A DNA stretch of 63,434 nt, counting the filler, from Octopus bimaculoides (taxonomy: Eukaryota): NCBI RefSeq assembly GCF_001194135.2. It is 5 parts of 5 records of this genome, joined end to end, with 100 filler letters (N's around TTAATTAATTAA, not from the genome) between each part and the next. Parts side by side here need not be neighbours in the genome. Positions count along the whole stretch, not along the records: positions 39,486 to 61,784 come from NC_068990.1; positions 61,885 to 63,434 come from NW_026425566.1; 3 more parts are not named here. One strand, 5' to 3'. The position numbers and the translations under genes are program-made. The notes below the pieces were generated by a model. That model was not told the origin of the DNA. It saw only the letters and a program-made list of their open reading frames with translations, and did not search any database. Shown in pieces: positions 50,470 to 63,434 of this stretch (position 1 is its first letter; each line of letters starts with the position of its first letter).

Positions 50470-53030
50470 CTTCCTAATTATAATTCCTGCAGTTCTGTGT
50501 TTGTCCAATTTAGAAAATGAACGGAATGTCTTAGTATTGGCATGGCACATTCATGGATTGCCTTGATAAGATTCCTTCCATGTAGTTTTGCTTCAAGTAA
50601 CTTCCAAACCCTTCTCTTGGACTCTTTGGAGACTAACTCTCGCATTCCTCTTTCGATTACTGCATCATTCTGCAGTACCCACTAGGTACTTATATCCATT
50701 ATTTTTCAGTGATTCGGTGATGTCATCTTGTGGTAATATTATACCATCAGATTTACTCTCTCGGCCTCTCTGCATAGTTAAAACTGCACCTTTATTTAGC
50801 CCCAAAATACCAGTATCCTTGCAAAATATTCTTATTGTTTGTAACAGAGAATCTGAGTCTTTATTTTTCGTGTACATAGGAGATTATCTATATTCACCCT
50901 GGTTCCATCAAGCTCACAGGCAGGCTTCAATTTTTTCAGTATGCTTGTCAGAGGGATTAACGCAATAACAAAGCGAGTATCCCTGAAATATCTCTAACAG
51001 ATTTTTACATTCTTTTTCATTTCCGCATTTTAATTCTATTTCCCAAGATCTCATTGCCTTTTCTAAAAAAAGAGAAAACTATTTTCTCATTGACCTCCTC
51101 AGGTACTCCAAGAGCCAACAATTTGGAGTATTATTATAGGCTTTCTTGTAGTCTATCCATCGAAAATTTCTTTCTTATTCGTACCTCACTTAATATTATA
51201 TTATCGATATACAACAGATCAACAGTTCCTTTGGTTTCTTTCTGCATTCCTTTTGGTCGTCTGGTAAAATATTCTCCTTCTTCAAGAAGTTATACGCTTC
51301 ATCTGCTATGAGGCCAGATAATAATTTCTAGAGTAATAAGCATGTAATAGACTATTGATTTCCCTGCTCTTTTCTTTGTCCCTCGGTATTAGCACCGTCT
51401 TTCCTTTTGTCATCCATATTGATGTCACATTTTCTATACAGTCAGTAAGAAACAGTAGCATAAAGTTTTCCAATTTGATATTTTCTCAGATATCTTTCTC
51501 ATTGTCTCATCTGTAATATTCATATTCTCTTATTTTTATCTATTTTCCACTTCGCTTTTAAATTTCCGTAACCATTTCGCTTCCCTGTTACGTTGAACCT
51601 CTTGACATATCATTCCTACTGATGTTCGTTCTCATTGTACAACTGATAGTAAAAACTCCATTCATTGTTTTTCGAAAATTTGTTCTACTGATATTGGTTT
51701 GTTCTTTGTTAGTTTCTAGTTCTTTTTATTTGATTTGATTTTTATTTTATCTCTTTTTTAGCTATGTCTAATGTTGCTCTTTCTTTGAAGCTCGTTCCTG
51801 TATCTTTCTTTCACCATCTCCTTTTCAATTATTGTGTTTGCCTTTCATCCTTTCGGGGTCGATAAGTTAAGTACCAGTTACATACTGAGGTCGATCTAAT
51901 CGACTAGCTCCCTCCCCAATTTCGGGTCTTGTGCCTAGTGTAGAAAAGAAATTTTCTACAGAAACAGTGGCTGTGCAGTATATGAAGCCGTTTACATCTG
52001 ATATATTTCCATCAATGATTTTTGTAAACATCGCATCCAGCTTTTTTACCATTTTACGTAGTTTTTCTCTTTTCATTCCTCTCAAAGCTGGTACTCTCTT
52101 CCTTTCACTAGTTTGTCCCATTTGGCCGTTGTGGTAAGTTCCTTTCCACCTCTATAACATGATTTCGTTCCACAAAATAAAACTTGTAGTCGTCCGGATG
52201 ATTTATTGACCTTTCTATTACTTGTCCGATTTCTTCTTCTCCGTAGCAATCTTTTGGAGATCGCTTCCAGGTCCAACTGGGATTGTCTTTTCATGATTAG
52301 ATTTTTTCTGATCTAGAAGGCTGTGTTCTGTAAGAGAGAACATGTCTTTCTCTAACCATGTTATACATCTTTTTCCTATATTCTATTTTGGGTAGGCTCG
52401 CTTCTATATTATTCTGGCCGTGCAAAAGAGGCAAATCTTTTGTAACAGTTCTACTGGGCGCTCTACTCCAATTTCCTTTATATTCCCCTCGATGCTTTCT
52501 GATACTGTTCCCAAAGACCTAGCAATAAATGGCATTATCTTTACCTTCTTCATTTTCCATAGCCAGGCTATTTCGTACTTAAGAGGGTTGTATTTATCTA
52601 TCTTTTCGCCTTCCTTCTTGACTATTCGTGAGTCAAAGGGGCATGCAACATCAACTATATAGCATATGTGGTGCACCGTGTCCACCACAACTAGGTCCGG
52701 TCTGTTATGCTCTAGCACCTGATCTGTTTGGATTGGGAAATCCCAGAGCATTTTGCTAGTCTCCGACTCCGTCACTCTCTACGGTTTGTGCTCATACCAC
52801 GTCTTGCCGCTCTCTAGCCACCAATTTTTGCAATTTCCAATGTAGCATTTTCGCTACCTGATCGTGTCGCCACAACTTGTAGTGATTTGGGGCAAGTCTA
52901 GGGCATTCGTTCGTGATATGGGCAATGGTTTCATCCGCTATATTGCAGATGCGACACAGTGGAAACACTTGCTCATTCCTAAGGTTGATCCTCCAGTTCG
53001 TGGTCAGAGCTTGGTCTTGCGCTGCCAGTA
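50470..53030 (-). mobile_element. R4/Dong-like non-LTR retrotransposon remnant in permuted order
   Basis: 53030-52404: ILAAQDQAL, knuckle CRICNIADETIAHITNEC, RLE endonuclease LWDFPIQTD...RPDLVVVD...IVDVACP...KIDKY. 52400-50470: N-terminal YRKKM...LDQK...LDLEAI, decayed RT, thumb GYKYL...KLHGRNLIKAI. Interrupted by a SINE near 51830-51950. Confidence 0.85.
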
Positions 53031-53046
53031 TAGTACTATATTATTA

Positions 53047-53107
<61 letters not shown>

Positions 53108-53849
53108 GGTGACCAGCTTGGCGGCATTCCGTCCGTCTTAATGTTCTGAGTTCAAATCCGCCGGAGTCGACTTTGCCTTCCATCCTTTCGGGGCTGATAA
53201 ATTAAGCATCAGTTGCACNNNNNNNNNNNNNNNNNNNNNNNNNNNNNNNNNNNNNNNNNNNNNNNNNNNNNNNNNNNNNNNNNNNNNNNNNNNNNNNNNN
53301 NNNNNNNNNNNNNNNNNNNNNNNNNNNNNNNNNNNNNNNNNNNNNNNNNNNNNNNNNNNNNNNNNNNNNNNNNNNNNNNNNNNNNNNNNNNNNNNNNNNN
53401 NNNNNNNNNNNNNNNNNNNNNNNNNNNNNNNNNNNNNNNNNNNNNNNNNNNNNNNNNNNNNNNNNNNNNNNNNNNNNNNNNNNNNNNNNNNNNNNNNNNN
53501 NNNNNNNNNNNNNNNNNNNNNNNNNNNNNNNNNNNNNNNNNNNNNNNNNNNNNNNNNNNNNNNNNNNNNNNNNNNNNNNNNNNNNNNNNNNNNNNNNNNN
53601 NNNNNNNNNNNNNNNNNNNNNNNNNNNNNNNNNNNNNNNNNNNNNNNNNNNNNNNNNNNNNNNNNNNNNNNNNNNNNNNNNNNNNNNNNNNNNNNNNNNN
53701 NNNNNNNNNNNNNNNNNNNNNNNNNNNNNNNNNNNNNNNNNNNNNNNNNNNNNNNNNNNNNNNNNNNNNNNNNNNNNNNNNNNNNNNNNNNNNNNNNNNN
53801 NNNNNNNNNNNNNNNNNNNNNNNNNNNNNNNNNNNNNNNNNNNNNNNNN

Positions 53850-54480
53850 GTTTGAAGTTATATCGAACAGCGGCTGTCACGTGCGGGACGGATGCATCCG
53901 TCGGCCGAGTCCATAGTTATGATTGCCCCACCTCCTTCCTTTAATCGGACAGGCAAGGCAGTTTTCCTTTGCCTAGTGGCTGTGGCGAAAGAAGTTGTGG
54001 TGGACAAGGCTGAACGGCATGAGGACAGATACTTTCCTGTTTGGTAGAGCTCATATGGACTCCTTTAATATTCACTTGAAAAGGAAATTGACGGTGGAGA
54101 GGGAAGTGCTGTCCTCGAGTGAGTTTACTGAAAGGTGGGTGAAAGTTGCGAAAATGGCAAGATTGGATGGTACCTCTCTAAGTGTAGATCTATAAGTCGG
54201 AGAAAGGGAAATGGAAGAGGCACTTGCCCTTGGTGTTCAGGGAGATCCCGGACAGTGGGGTTCCTCGATTATCCCGATAGGTGACCCTGTATCAGGAGAG
54301 CTACACCTCTATCATCCCCCCTTTTTTAACATTGTATACTATGTGTATTTCTCTTCCTTTTCATTGTACACCTGGTATACTTACCTTTTTTTATCATTTC
54401 ATTACACGTAAATCCCCACACTTTGTGTCTGTCTTTGTATTGTCCCCCTCATCCACCCTGATGGCAAATAAATGAAATCA
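53850..54480 (+). mobile_element. L1/Tx1-like LINE 3' end
   Basis: YIEQRLSRAGR...FLCLVAVAKE / WWTRL...HLKRKLTVEREVLSSSEFTERWV, then a 3' UTR ending AAATAAATGAAATC(ATA)n. Confidence 0.6.
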
Positions 54481-54497
54481 TAATGATAATAATAATA

Positions 54498-54545
<48 letters not shown>

Positions 54546-54758
54546 TTATGTTTGACTTTTGTTTTGCATTTGTACAAGTTGGATCCAAGTCTCACCCAGA
54601 GACCTCAAGAGACAACAAGTTAGAAGTTCATGTAGGTGTTATGCCTAGGGTACCATATATTTGGATCTGTACAGTTTTGTTCTAGTGAATGTTTAAGAAA
54701 CCATAAGAAAAATTATGTTTGTTTTAAAATTTGAGATCACATAGACAGTATTTTACGT

Positions 54759-54829
<71 letters not shown>

Positions 54830-55086
54830 TACTTTTAATCTGCAAGTTTGTTACAATCACGTGCCGATACACACCCAGCATACTAAGGCGAGTGAAGGAT
54901 AAGAGATGTTACAGTATGGCTGAAAGCTTGGGGAGGGGAAGTAGCAGGGGCAGTAGCGAAATATCTTCATGTAGTGCAACACAGACATTAAATTGATAAG
55001 ATTTTTCTGAGGATGTGGGCAGTACTTGTCAGCACAATGTTTTGCATTTCTCTGAGACATGGTTCTCCTGAGATATTATCTAGATG

Positions 55087-55137
<51 letters not shown>

Positions 55138-55386
55138 GGTGCTCTGACAAAGGTTCGTTCCTATTCCTGGTAGAATTTATGTGGATAGCAGGTTACTACT
55201 TGTAACCCTAGGTATCCACAAGCTTTCAATAGTCTTTCAAGTGCATAAAACCCACCTGATAATATTTCTTGTCCCTACAGGACATTCTATTCCAATGTCC
55301 TTCAACCATTTCTCTATATCTTTACTTACAGTTCCCAATGCACCAACTATTACAGGCACCAATTATTATTATTGTTGATGTCGTTG

Positions 55387-55471
<85 letters not shown>

Positions 55472-55699
55472 CGTCATCATCATCGTCATCACTATCGTCA
55501 TCATCGTCATCATCATCATTATCATCATTTCTCTCCAAATTAGAGGAGTTTATTTTGTCTCCTCATTTTCTGAATTACTAAGCATGTTTGTACGAAGAAA
55601 TGTTTCTTTTTCATGTCAGCATCGTGGCAGAACGAAAGTCAGACATTTTTAAACATTTTGATTCGACCTGCCTTAATTTGGGAAGTATTTTTCTTATTT

Positions 55700-56800
55700 G
55701 GCATCATTCCGAAAAAAATCAAAGAAGAAAATTATCTCCATAACATTCAAAAGACACCGGGACAAATTCTTCCATGAAATACATGACAAACTACCGACAC
55801 CTGGATATATTTCGACTAACAACAACTCCTTACCAAGTGGACTATGATATCCTAAAGCAGGAATTAAACGACTACTCCGAGTGGTACTATTAAGTTAGAC
55901 ATGGCTTGAGTCTATAAGGGCCAAAACCTAAGTTATCTATGTTATTTAAGAATACTTAGTACCGACGCATCCTTCGAAAGAAGATAAATAAGGATTCTTC
56001 GAGAAACAAAGTAATTTTGATACCTCGTTTGGCAGCAATTGAGGAAGCCGTCGGTGATGTGTAAGTCAGTATCTCATTCATTGTCCAATTTGAAGTCTAC
56101 GGGACTACCGATTTGCCCTTCAAGATTAAGGGGCCTCAAGTACAGATAATGTACCAAACACTCATTCATTGACTCATACTTCAATTATATGGGTCGGTGA
56201 ACACAAAGATATCAGTGTGGTGGTGATATCGACCCCTGACATTTTATCATTTTTGATGAACAAAAAGGGTAAGCGTTGAGGTCGCGAAAAATGAAATGTG
56301 ATCTAGAGGAGCCAATATGGGCTCGCAAGTCCAATATGGACTTGCAAGTCCTCACAACCTTTATGCAAGGCTGAAGGCCCAGCTCTTATAAAAGTGACAG
56401 CAAGAAGCACTTAGGAACCTGCAGCCCCGCGGAGTTGAAAAATCAAAAATAGAGACAACAGCAGACAGTAACAAAGAGACCATGACTGGAGGTTGCCGTT
56501 CAACACAGTCGTCCTCTATTTCAGGGGCTGATAAGAAACTGAGACTCTTCAACCGGCCAGTGACAGCAAGGAGTAATAGAAGGGAAAGCTTAACAGTAGC
56601 AACATATCAACAACCCCGAAGGTTAGTACCCCTGTACCATCGCACGCTGCACCGCCGGTTTCAGCCCAGTGAAGAGCCAGAGAATCCACCTCATATTTAC
56701 TACCAGAAAACAAGCAAGAACCCTTCCCTACTCTGAGAAGCACTATTGTTCTACCGTCTTATGACAATGAGGACGTAGCGGAAGCCGAAAAGGAAAACTA
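55700..56800 (+). mobile_element. Possible decayed retroelement ORF1/gag-like remnant
   Basis: Degenerate knuckle-like G-RPSSYKSDSKKHLGTCSP followed by a low-complexity basic/acidic tail; no intact ORF. Confidence 0.3.
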
Positions 56801-57173
56801 CCGTGTAAAAAGAAAACCTAGAAGAGTAAGAAAACCGGACCCAAAGACGTGCAAAACACAGAATGATCTGTATGATAACGACAAGAAACTCAGTCATTCG
56901 AAAAAAAATGAACCATTATTTCGGAAATCAAATAGCATGAATGTGGCACGTGAATATAATTCTCAGACACTAATTACTAAAAACCAAATAAGTCCTAAAT
57001 GCTAGAAAGACGCAACCGATAGATTTTTGATGAAAATGATATCGGATTGCCACTTGCTGAAACAAGAGTACCCTAAAGAAAGTGGGATGTTTCGTATTTG
57101 GGACTCGTCACGCAGAAAGAATAGACTTATCCCGTCCCCTATATATTGTTGGCCTTGTGCCAAATATTGAAAC

Positions 57174-57243
<70 letters not shown>

Positions 57244-58337
57244 TGTGATTTTATATTTGCGGACGTCTCAAGAGGTTGCTCCAATTAATTTCGATTATTA
57301 AAAAATTTTACTGGATGAAGATCTTTTGTCAACAGGAGACTCTGAAAAGTTTTGGAGGTCTATTCCAATACCTGGAGTAATGGTGGTGGTAGTGGTGGGG
57401 GGGGGGCAATGTTAGGGGTGAGTGTGTGTGTATTTATGATCTATTCAATATGGCTTCCAATACCAGCAGTGCAGCGAGATTTATTAGCAAGAAAGGAATT
57501 TGTATTGGATACGCCCCGTGACGAAAACAAAATGTTGACATAACTCCTGAACACACGATAACTAAATCTAATATATAAAAAAAGTTAAACTGAATTCAAA
57601 ACGAGATAATAAATAAAAATGACAATGAAACAAACATGCGCGGACAAACATAAACAATTATAATTTGACACTTCAAGACAAATTTGCATGGCATAAACAA
57701 GAACACAAGTACAATAACAGGTACAACAACGCAGATTTGTGCGATGTTGATAAAGGTATCATCAACCAGTTCGTTTGCCAGCGTACGAGCTAATACGAGC
57801 CAAAGTGAGGTTTTAAACTTGGATCAAATTCAGGCAAAGAAATAGATACGGGTAGCGATATGTAACAACTGAGTGTGTCCCCTTATCTAAGGAATGTATC
57901 CAAAAGCATGCAAAGGTGGAAGGGCGATATACTACTGCTTCACAAACCCTGAAGTAAAACAAGTTAAAGGAAGTTATGCACGAGGTACGATGTAACGTAC
58001 GATCCATTAATTGGTGTATCTGCTCTCTAACACAAAGGACGGAGTAAGAAAGCAAGCCAGACTATTGCACCGTATACCTTCTAATTAGCAGGGACTGAAA
58101 TAAAAGGAACGACATAACAGAAAGTTCGTGAACTTCATCGTGCATAAACTTGTCAGAGTGGATAAGAAAGGGCCACCGACCACCTGTTATCTAAGATATA
58201 ACTGTGCATAGACAAAGGATCTTTACGACTACGTATGTACACTCCACATAACTTTTATATTCTTTTTTATAATACGTTTTTCTATTTATAAATGGTGCCT
58301 GTTGGTAAAATAAAAAGAAAATTTATTATTATTATTA

Positions 58338-58395
<58 letters not shown>

Positions 58396-58409
58396 TAGTA
58401 TTATTATTA

Positions 58410-58625
58410 AGGCAGCGAGCTGGCAGAATCGTTAGCGCAGTGGACGAAATGCTTAGCGGTATTTCGCCCTTCACTACGTTCTGAATTCAAATTCCACCGA
58501 AGTCGACTTTGCCTTTTATCCTTTCGGGATCGATAAATTAAGTACCAGTGAAACACTGGGTCAATGTAATAGACTAGTCCTCTCCCCACAAATTTGAGGC
58601 CTTGTGCCTCCAATAGAAAGGATTA
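58410..58625 (+). mobile_element. SINE family C, well-preserved copy
   Basis: GGCAGCGAGCTGGCAGAATCGTTAGC...GGCCTTGTGCCTCCAATAGAAAGG between (TTA)n runs. Other copies at ~9395-9530(-), 15420-15640(-), 40310-40500, 40890-41090, 51830-51950, 53105-53218 and 61500-61700. Confidence 0.85.
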
Positions 58626-58807
58626 TTATCATTATTATTATTATTAGAAAATTGTCTAATTCACTGGAAACCATATAAACATACATACACACTCATACCT
58701 ACATACACACACACACACACACACACAAACATACATACATACACACATATATATTCTAATTTCACGTGAAAATGAACATTATAAAATAAAAATAACAACA
58801 ATCTTAC

Positions 58808-58900
58808 CTCTGGTACAACGGCAATGTGATCGTCAAAATCCGTTGATTGTTGTCTCCTCATCACCTCTGCTCTTTCGAAGCTAATTGAACGGGCATCCAT
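58808..58900 (-). CDS. Probable first coding exon (31 aa, MDARSISFERAEVMRRQQSTDFDDHIAVVPE) of an unidentified gene
   Basis: ATG in strong context (CAAAATGG), non-repetitive protein-like sequence, consensus donor GAG|GTAAGA at 58807 in phase 0. No homologue recognised. Confidence 0.5.
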
Positions 58901-59504
58901 TTTGGAATATCTTTGTACTTTTAAAAAGTTCTAACGATTCGGGTTTAAAAGTTTAAAAGAAAAACGAAAGAAATTAGATGGGCTTAGTAAGTAGTTATTG
59001 GATGATATAGACTTCTTCGAAATTATCTTTGTGCTTTTCTTTTTCTGATAGTTTAAATTGGAGTTTGTTTGATCATTTCTCAGTTTTTTTCTTATTTATA
59101 TATTTATGTAATTTTGTGTTTTTCTTCTAGTTTGTTTGTTTAGTTTACTCGTTTTTCAAAAATTGTTCAGAATAACTGACTACATCACAACTCTCAAATT
59201 AAGTCCTCATTTGATTTTTGTCCTTAAATTCCAAGTGATTCAACGAAATGGAAGCAGTAATAGATTTGTTACGAATTGAAACTGATGTACTAGGAGAGTA
59301 AAACTGTTTTGTTTTAAAAACAAAAAATTAAAAAGAAATTAAGATTAAACTAAAAAAAATCATTTAAATAATAGTTTAAACAAGAAAAAAATTAATTATT
59401 CAACAGTGTCTTATTGTCCTGTCTATCCTGAGAATAAGGCAATTATATTTCCTATACAAATGCATGTGTATATATGTATATATATGGATGGATGCGTGTG
59501 CGTG

Positions 59505-59576
<72 letters not shown>

Positions 59577-60623
59577 TGTATGTATATCAATATCTACCTA
59601 TAGGTTGAGGTCGTGGGTGGAGTTTATGGTTCAAGCTCAGATGTTTTCAAGTTTACTTCAGGTCGTTGTTGTCGTCGTTCGTGCCCTTGTTCTGGCCTTT
59701 GTGCTCGTTTCAAGTCGTTGTAATTATCGTTGTAGTAACTGTAGCTGACATCAAATTTAAAACCGAGTAAAAAATTTTCGAACTTATATATCCGTGGAGA
59801 TGTTCCGATACCTTTATCAGTGTTTTTTACATTTACGTAGTGTTTACGAGTTCATCTTGCTCTTTCTTTGTGTATTTATTTATAAATATATAATTGCATA
59901 TAGCTTAGTTTAATCTGTAATGCAAAATGCAAATATATGTGTATGGTTATGTATGTATTTATATATGTGTATGTATGTATGTATGTATGTACGTATGTAT
60001 ATAGATTAATATGTGTGTCTGTGTATCTGTAATGTTATTCTGATATGTAAATTGATGCACTGAAATCACTTTACGTGTACGACTAAAGATGTTTCACACA
60101 TTTACACGAACAGAAATGCATATATACAAACATACTTCCACTCATTCAATCTTTCATACGTATACGTATAAGCACACATAACATACACAGATACATACAC
60201 TCTCACTCAAATATACATATACATATATACTTACAAAGGTCACAAATACAAAACTTGAAAACAAGGTTGTGTAGTACTTATCATGGGTGTATGAATATAT
60301 AGCTGTGTACCAATAGTCTATTTCTCTGTGTATGAGAAAATGTTAAGTGTTCGTAGGATCCTTGCTAGTGCCTGTTCTCCGTTCATGTAAGGTAAAGTTG
60401 TAGGTGCCAAAAGTATTTAAAAAGTAGAAAAAAATAGAAGTTGACTCTTGTGAAGGACGGAAATAAAATAAGAAAATATAGAAAAGGAGGATGAGATAAA
60501 CAACATAAAAGGAGAAAAAAAACAAAAGATGAAATTAAAGTGGGAGAGATAGGCTGTACTGATAATAATGAGAAAGTGAGAGTGACAAAGGGAGAGGAAG
60601 CAAGAGAAAGAGAGGGAGAGCGC

Positions 60624-60671
<48 letters not shown>

Positions 60672-61730
60672 NNNNNNNNNNNNNNNNNNNNNNNNNNNNN
60701 NNNNNNNNNNNNNNNNNNNNNNNNNNNNNNNNNNNNNNNNNNNNNNNNNNNNNTGTGTGTGTGCGTGTGTGTGCGTGCGTGCGTGTGTGTGCGTGCGTGC
60801 GTGCTTGTAAGTGTGTTAACAGAGAAGAATAAGGAGGAGTATGGAATGAGAATAATAAAGAACGAAACAGTTTGTTGAAAGAGGAGAGATTGATAAATAA
60901 AAAGGAAAACAGAGATAGGATATAGGGAGAATAATGGGAGAAAGGCTAGAGAGAGAGAGAGGGAGAGAGAGAGAGAGATGGTTAACAGTGAAAAGAAAGT
61001 AGGAAGACGGAATGAGAATGGTTAGATAAATAAAAAGAAATACAAAGAGTCACAGAAAGAAAAGTTGTTTTTCTCTTTTTGATATCTGTCGTCTGCGCTA
61101 TGCAGTTCTGCTATAATTTATAGAGGTGGCTTGCTTTAAGACGACACTTATACGTCTAAAGTGTCCACTGCTTGGTGCTGCTGCTGTGACCACTACCGCT
61201 GTTGCTGTTGCTGCTGCTGTGACCACCACTGCTGCTGCTGCTGCTGCTGCTATCCTCTTTTTTCTTTACATTTTTATTTGTTTCTCTGTAGTTGTATGTG
61301 TGGGTGTTTAAGTGCGTTGTTAGCAAATGTTAATACTGAAAAGATGGGTGTGGCGAACTTGGTAGAATAGAAGTGAGTATCTTATAATCCAACCCCACAG
61401 ATTGAGCCCGAGTATTTCCTGTTCTTTTTACCTATTATAATTCCATTTACATGTAGGATAGATTATAGGAATTAATTAAAAATCTCTCGCCCCCACCTCG
61501 CAATACTTGGCTGGTACTTTATTTTATCGACCCCTGAAATAATAAAAGTATGGGGTTTGACATATCGATTATAACCTATTTATCAGACAGTGAATTAGTA
61601 GAATAGTTAGAGCTTCAAATAAAATACCTGACTCTCTTCGCTCTAAGTTCAAATCCCATTAAGGTCAACTTTGCTTGATAAAGCACAAGTACTGGAATCA
61701 ATACCTCTATCTCTATTTCTCTCTCTCTCT

Positions 61731-61784
<54 letters not shown>

Positions 61785-61889
61785 NNNNNNNNNNNNNNNN
61801 NNNNNNNNNNNNNNNNNNNNNNNNNNNNTTAATTAATTAANNNNNNNNNNNNNNNNNNNNNNNNNNNNNNNNNNNNNNNNNNNNTCAAT

Positions 61890-63340
61890 TGTAATTCCAA
61901 CATCAATACCACTATATTCATTTTGTTGGTTTAAGTTATGGTTGATGGAACTAAGGATATTGCTGTTATCTTCATAATTGCTATTGTTATTATTTCCATT
62001 TCCATTTCTATAATTATTGGTAATGCTATTATTGACATTGATTAAATTATTATTAACATTTCTATAACTATTATTTTCTATAACTTTTATTTTCAATGAT
62101 TCTGGCTAATTTTATGTTCTTTCTATTTAACCTAGCTATGATTAGGGAGGGTTGAGTATGAGATTCTGACTGTATTACATGAAAAGATTCTACTATATCT
62201 GTGGGAAGAAGGGAAATTTTTTTGTAAAATAACTATAATTTGTTTTTGTATATATTAGTGGATACTGCACAGCTGAATGGGATATTGAACCAGACAGGAT
62301 TTTAAAATTTATTGTGCGAATGAGTACAGGATACAGTTTGATTACCAATATTTGCTAGGACAATATTATGATTTATAGTTTTGCATATCTTTTTTGTGGA
62401 ATCCCTATTATTTTGTAGAGTAACTATATCATTTGCATTTCTATTTCTTTTATGTAACCTAGGTTTTTTGCTAGTATTAGTATGTAGCCTCCTATCAAAA
62501 TATACTCTATTATTATTCTTATTACTTAAAATATCAGGTATGTAGGCTGGTTTTTCATTTAGTATTTCATCACCACTAATTAAGTTAGTAGACTTACTAT
62601 TACTAACATCATTATTAATTTCTCTATAAAAATGACTCGGCCTTCCAGGACTGAGGAAAGAAATTTTCTGGTCATATCCTGCTTTAGACAAAGTAACATT
62701 GTAGTGGTATGAATGGGAATTAAAAATATCAATATTTGAAGATAACTTAGTAATTCTCTCAGAAATGCTTTTTACTATTGACTTTGATACATTCGGGCAG
62801 TGATTAGATAATTTATTCACATACCTTGTAACCTCGTTCCCTTTTCTATAGGGGTAGTACAATTTGGAGTCTATGCTTAGAGTAGTGTCCAAAAAGTTTA
62901 CTATCTTAGTACCATATTTATACGTAATATTTAAGTTGAAGCTTTTAAAAATCAATGACTGATTTATTGTTACTAGGGATGATGAATAAGGCATCATCCC
63001 TATATAAACCGCCCAACAGCTCTGGGATTTCCTTATTTAAGCTATACAAGAGGTACGCACCTACTAGATTTGTAATTTCAGCCGAGTCGCTCAATCCTAT
63101 CGCTATATCAAAGTCTGGAGTGTCAGCCTTAGTCCAAAGTTTTCCATCAAATTCAATAATATCAATTTTATCCCTAGTAATAAGAGAGCGATTTTTAGCA
63201 AAAATAAGAGCCTTATTTAGAAGTATTGGCGATATGTTTGAATAATAACTATTTATGTCAAATTGGATGGAAGAATACTTACCAGTGTTATCGATAGAGA
63301 GCCCCCCCACCTATAGTAGTTTCCCACTAAACCCAATGAA
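61890..63340 (-). mobile_element. Penelope-like element RT remnant
   Basis: IQFDINSYY, IAIGLSDSAEITNLVG, GGLYRDDAL, NFLDTTL...PYRKGNE...SNHCPNVSKSI...AGY, then VWFNIPFS...STNI...NFPSSHRYSRIFSCNTVRISYS. One frameshift near 62950-63000. No GIY-YIG seen before the gap. Confidence 0.85.
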
Positions 63341-63434
63341 ATTTTATAACTATATCATTCATGTTTGCTGTCTATACTGCCTACCCCTTTCCCTTTCCCT
63401 ACAAGGAAAATGCTGGTGCCCTCTTAAGCTTTGA

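Noticed and set aside
55269-55652. Poly-Ile/Asn/Asp/Leu ORFs (also 50220-50465, 52864-53149, 57082-57288, 61126-61370)
   Set aside because: Trinucleotide microsatellites with no splice or homology support.

Overview
AT-rich, gapped eukaryotic genomic DNA dense in microsatellites and interspersed repeats. The repeat families and the (TA)n/(CA)n load resemble an octopus (cephalopod) genome; this is an inference, not a database match. One host coding exon is clearly recognisable: the first coding exon of a KIF24-like kinesin-13 (SAM domain plus start of the motor domain, 10171-10941, +). No later motor exons were recognisable in the following ~52 kb. A probable first coding exon of an unidentified minus-strand gene lies at 58808-58900. 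The rest is mostly transposon-derived: a decayed but complete ~3.9 kb Ty3/Gypsy element with very short LTRs, remnants of piggyBac, mariner, hAT, RTE, CR1/Jockey-like, R4/Dong-like, L1/Tx1-like and Penelope-like elements, and many SINE copies. Most notable: (1) the Gypsy element has no tRNA-type primer-binding site; instead the sequence just after the 5' LTR is a perfect 16-nt complement of a sequence inside the LTR, suggesting Tf1-style self-priming in an element without a visible chromodomain; (2) four minimal type-I hammerhead-ribozyme-like motifs (9819, 22047, 23450, 24378), two of them in homologous repeats whose stems differ in sequence but keep pairing; (3) a permuted R4/Dong-like LINE; (4) a mariner fold-back derivative. 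All alignments were done by eye.
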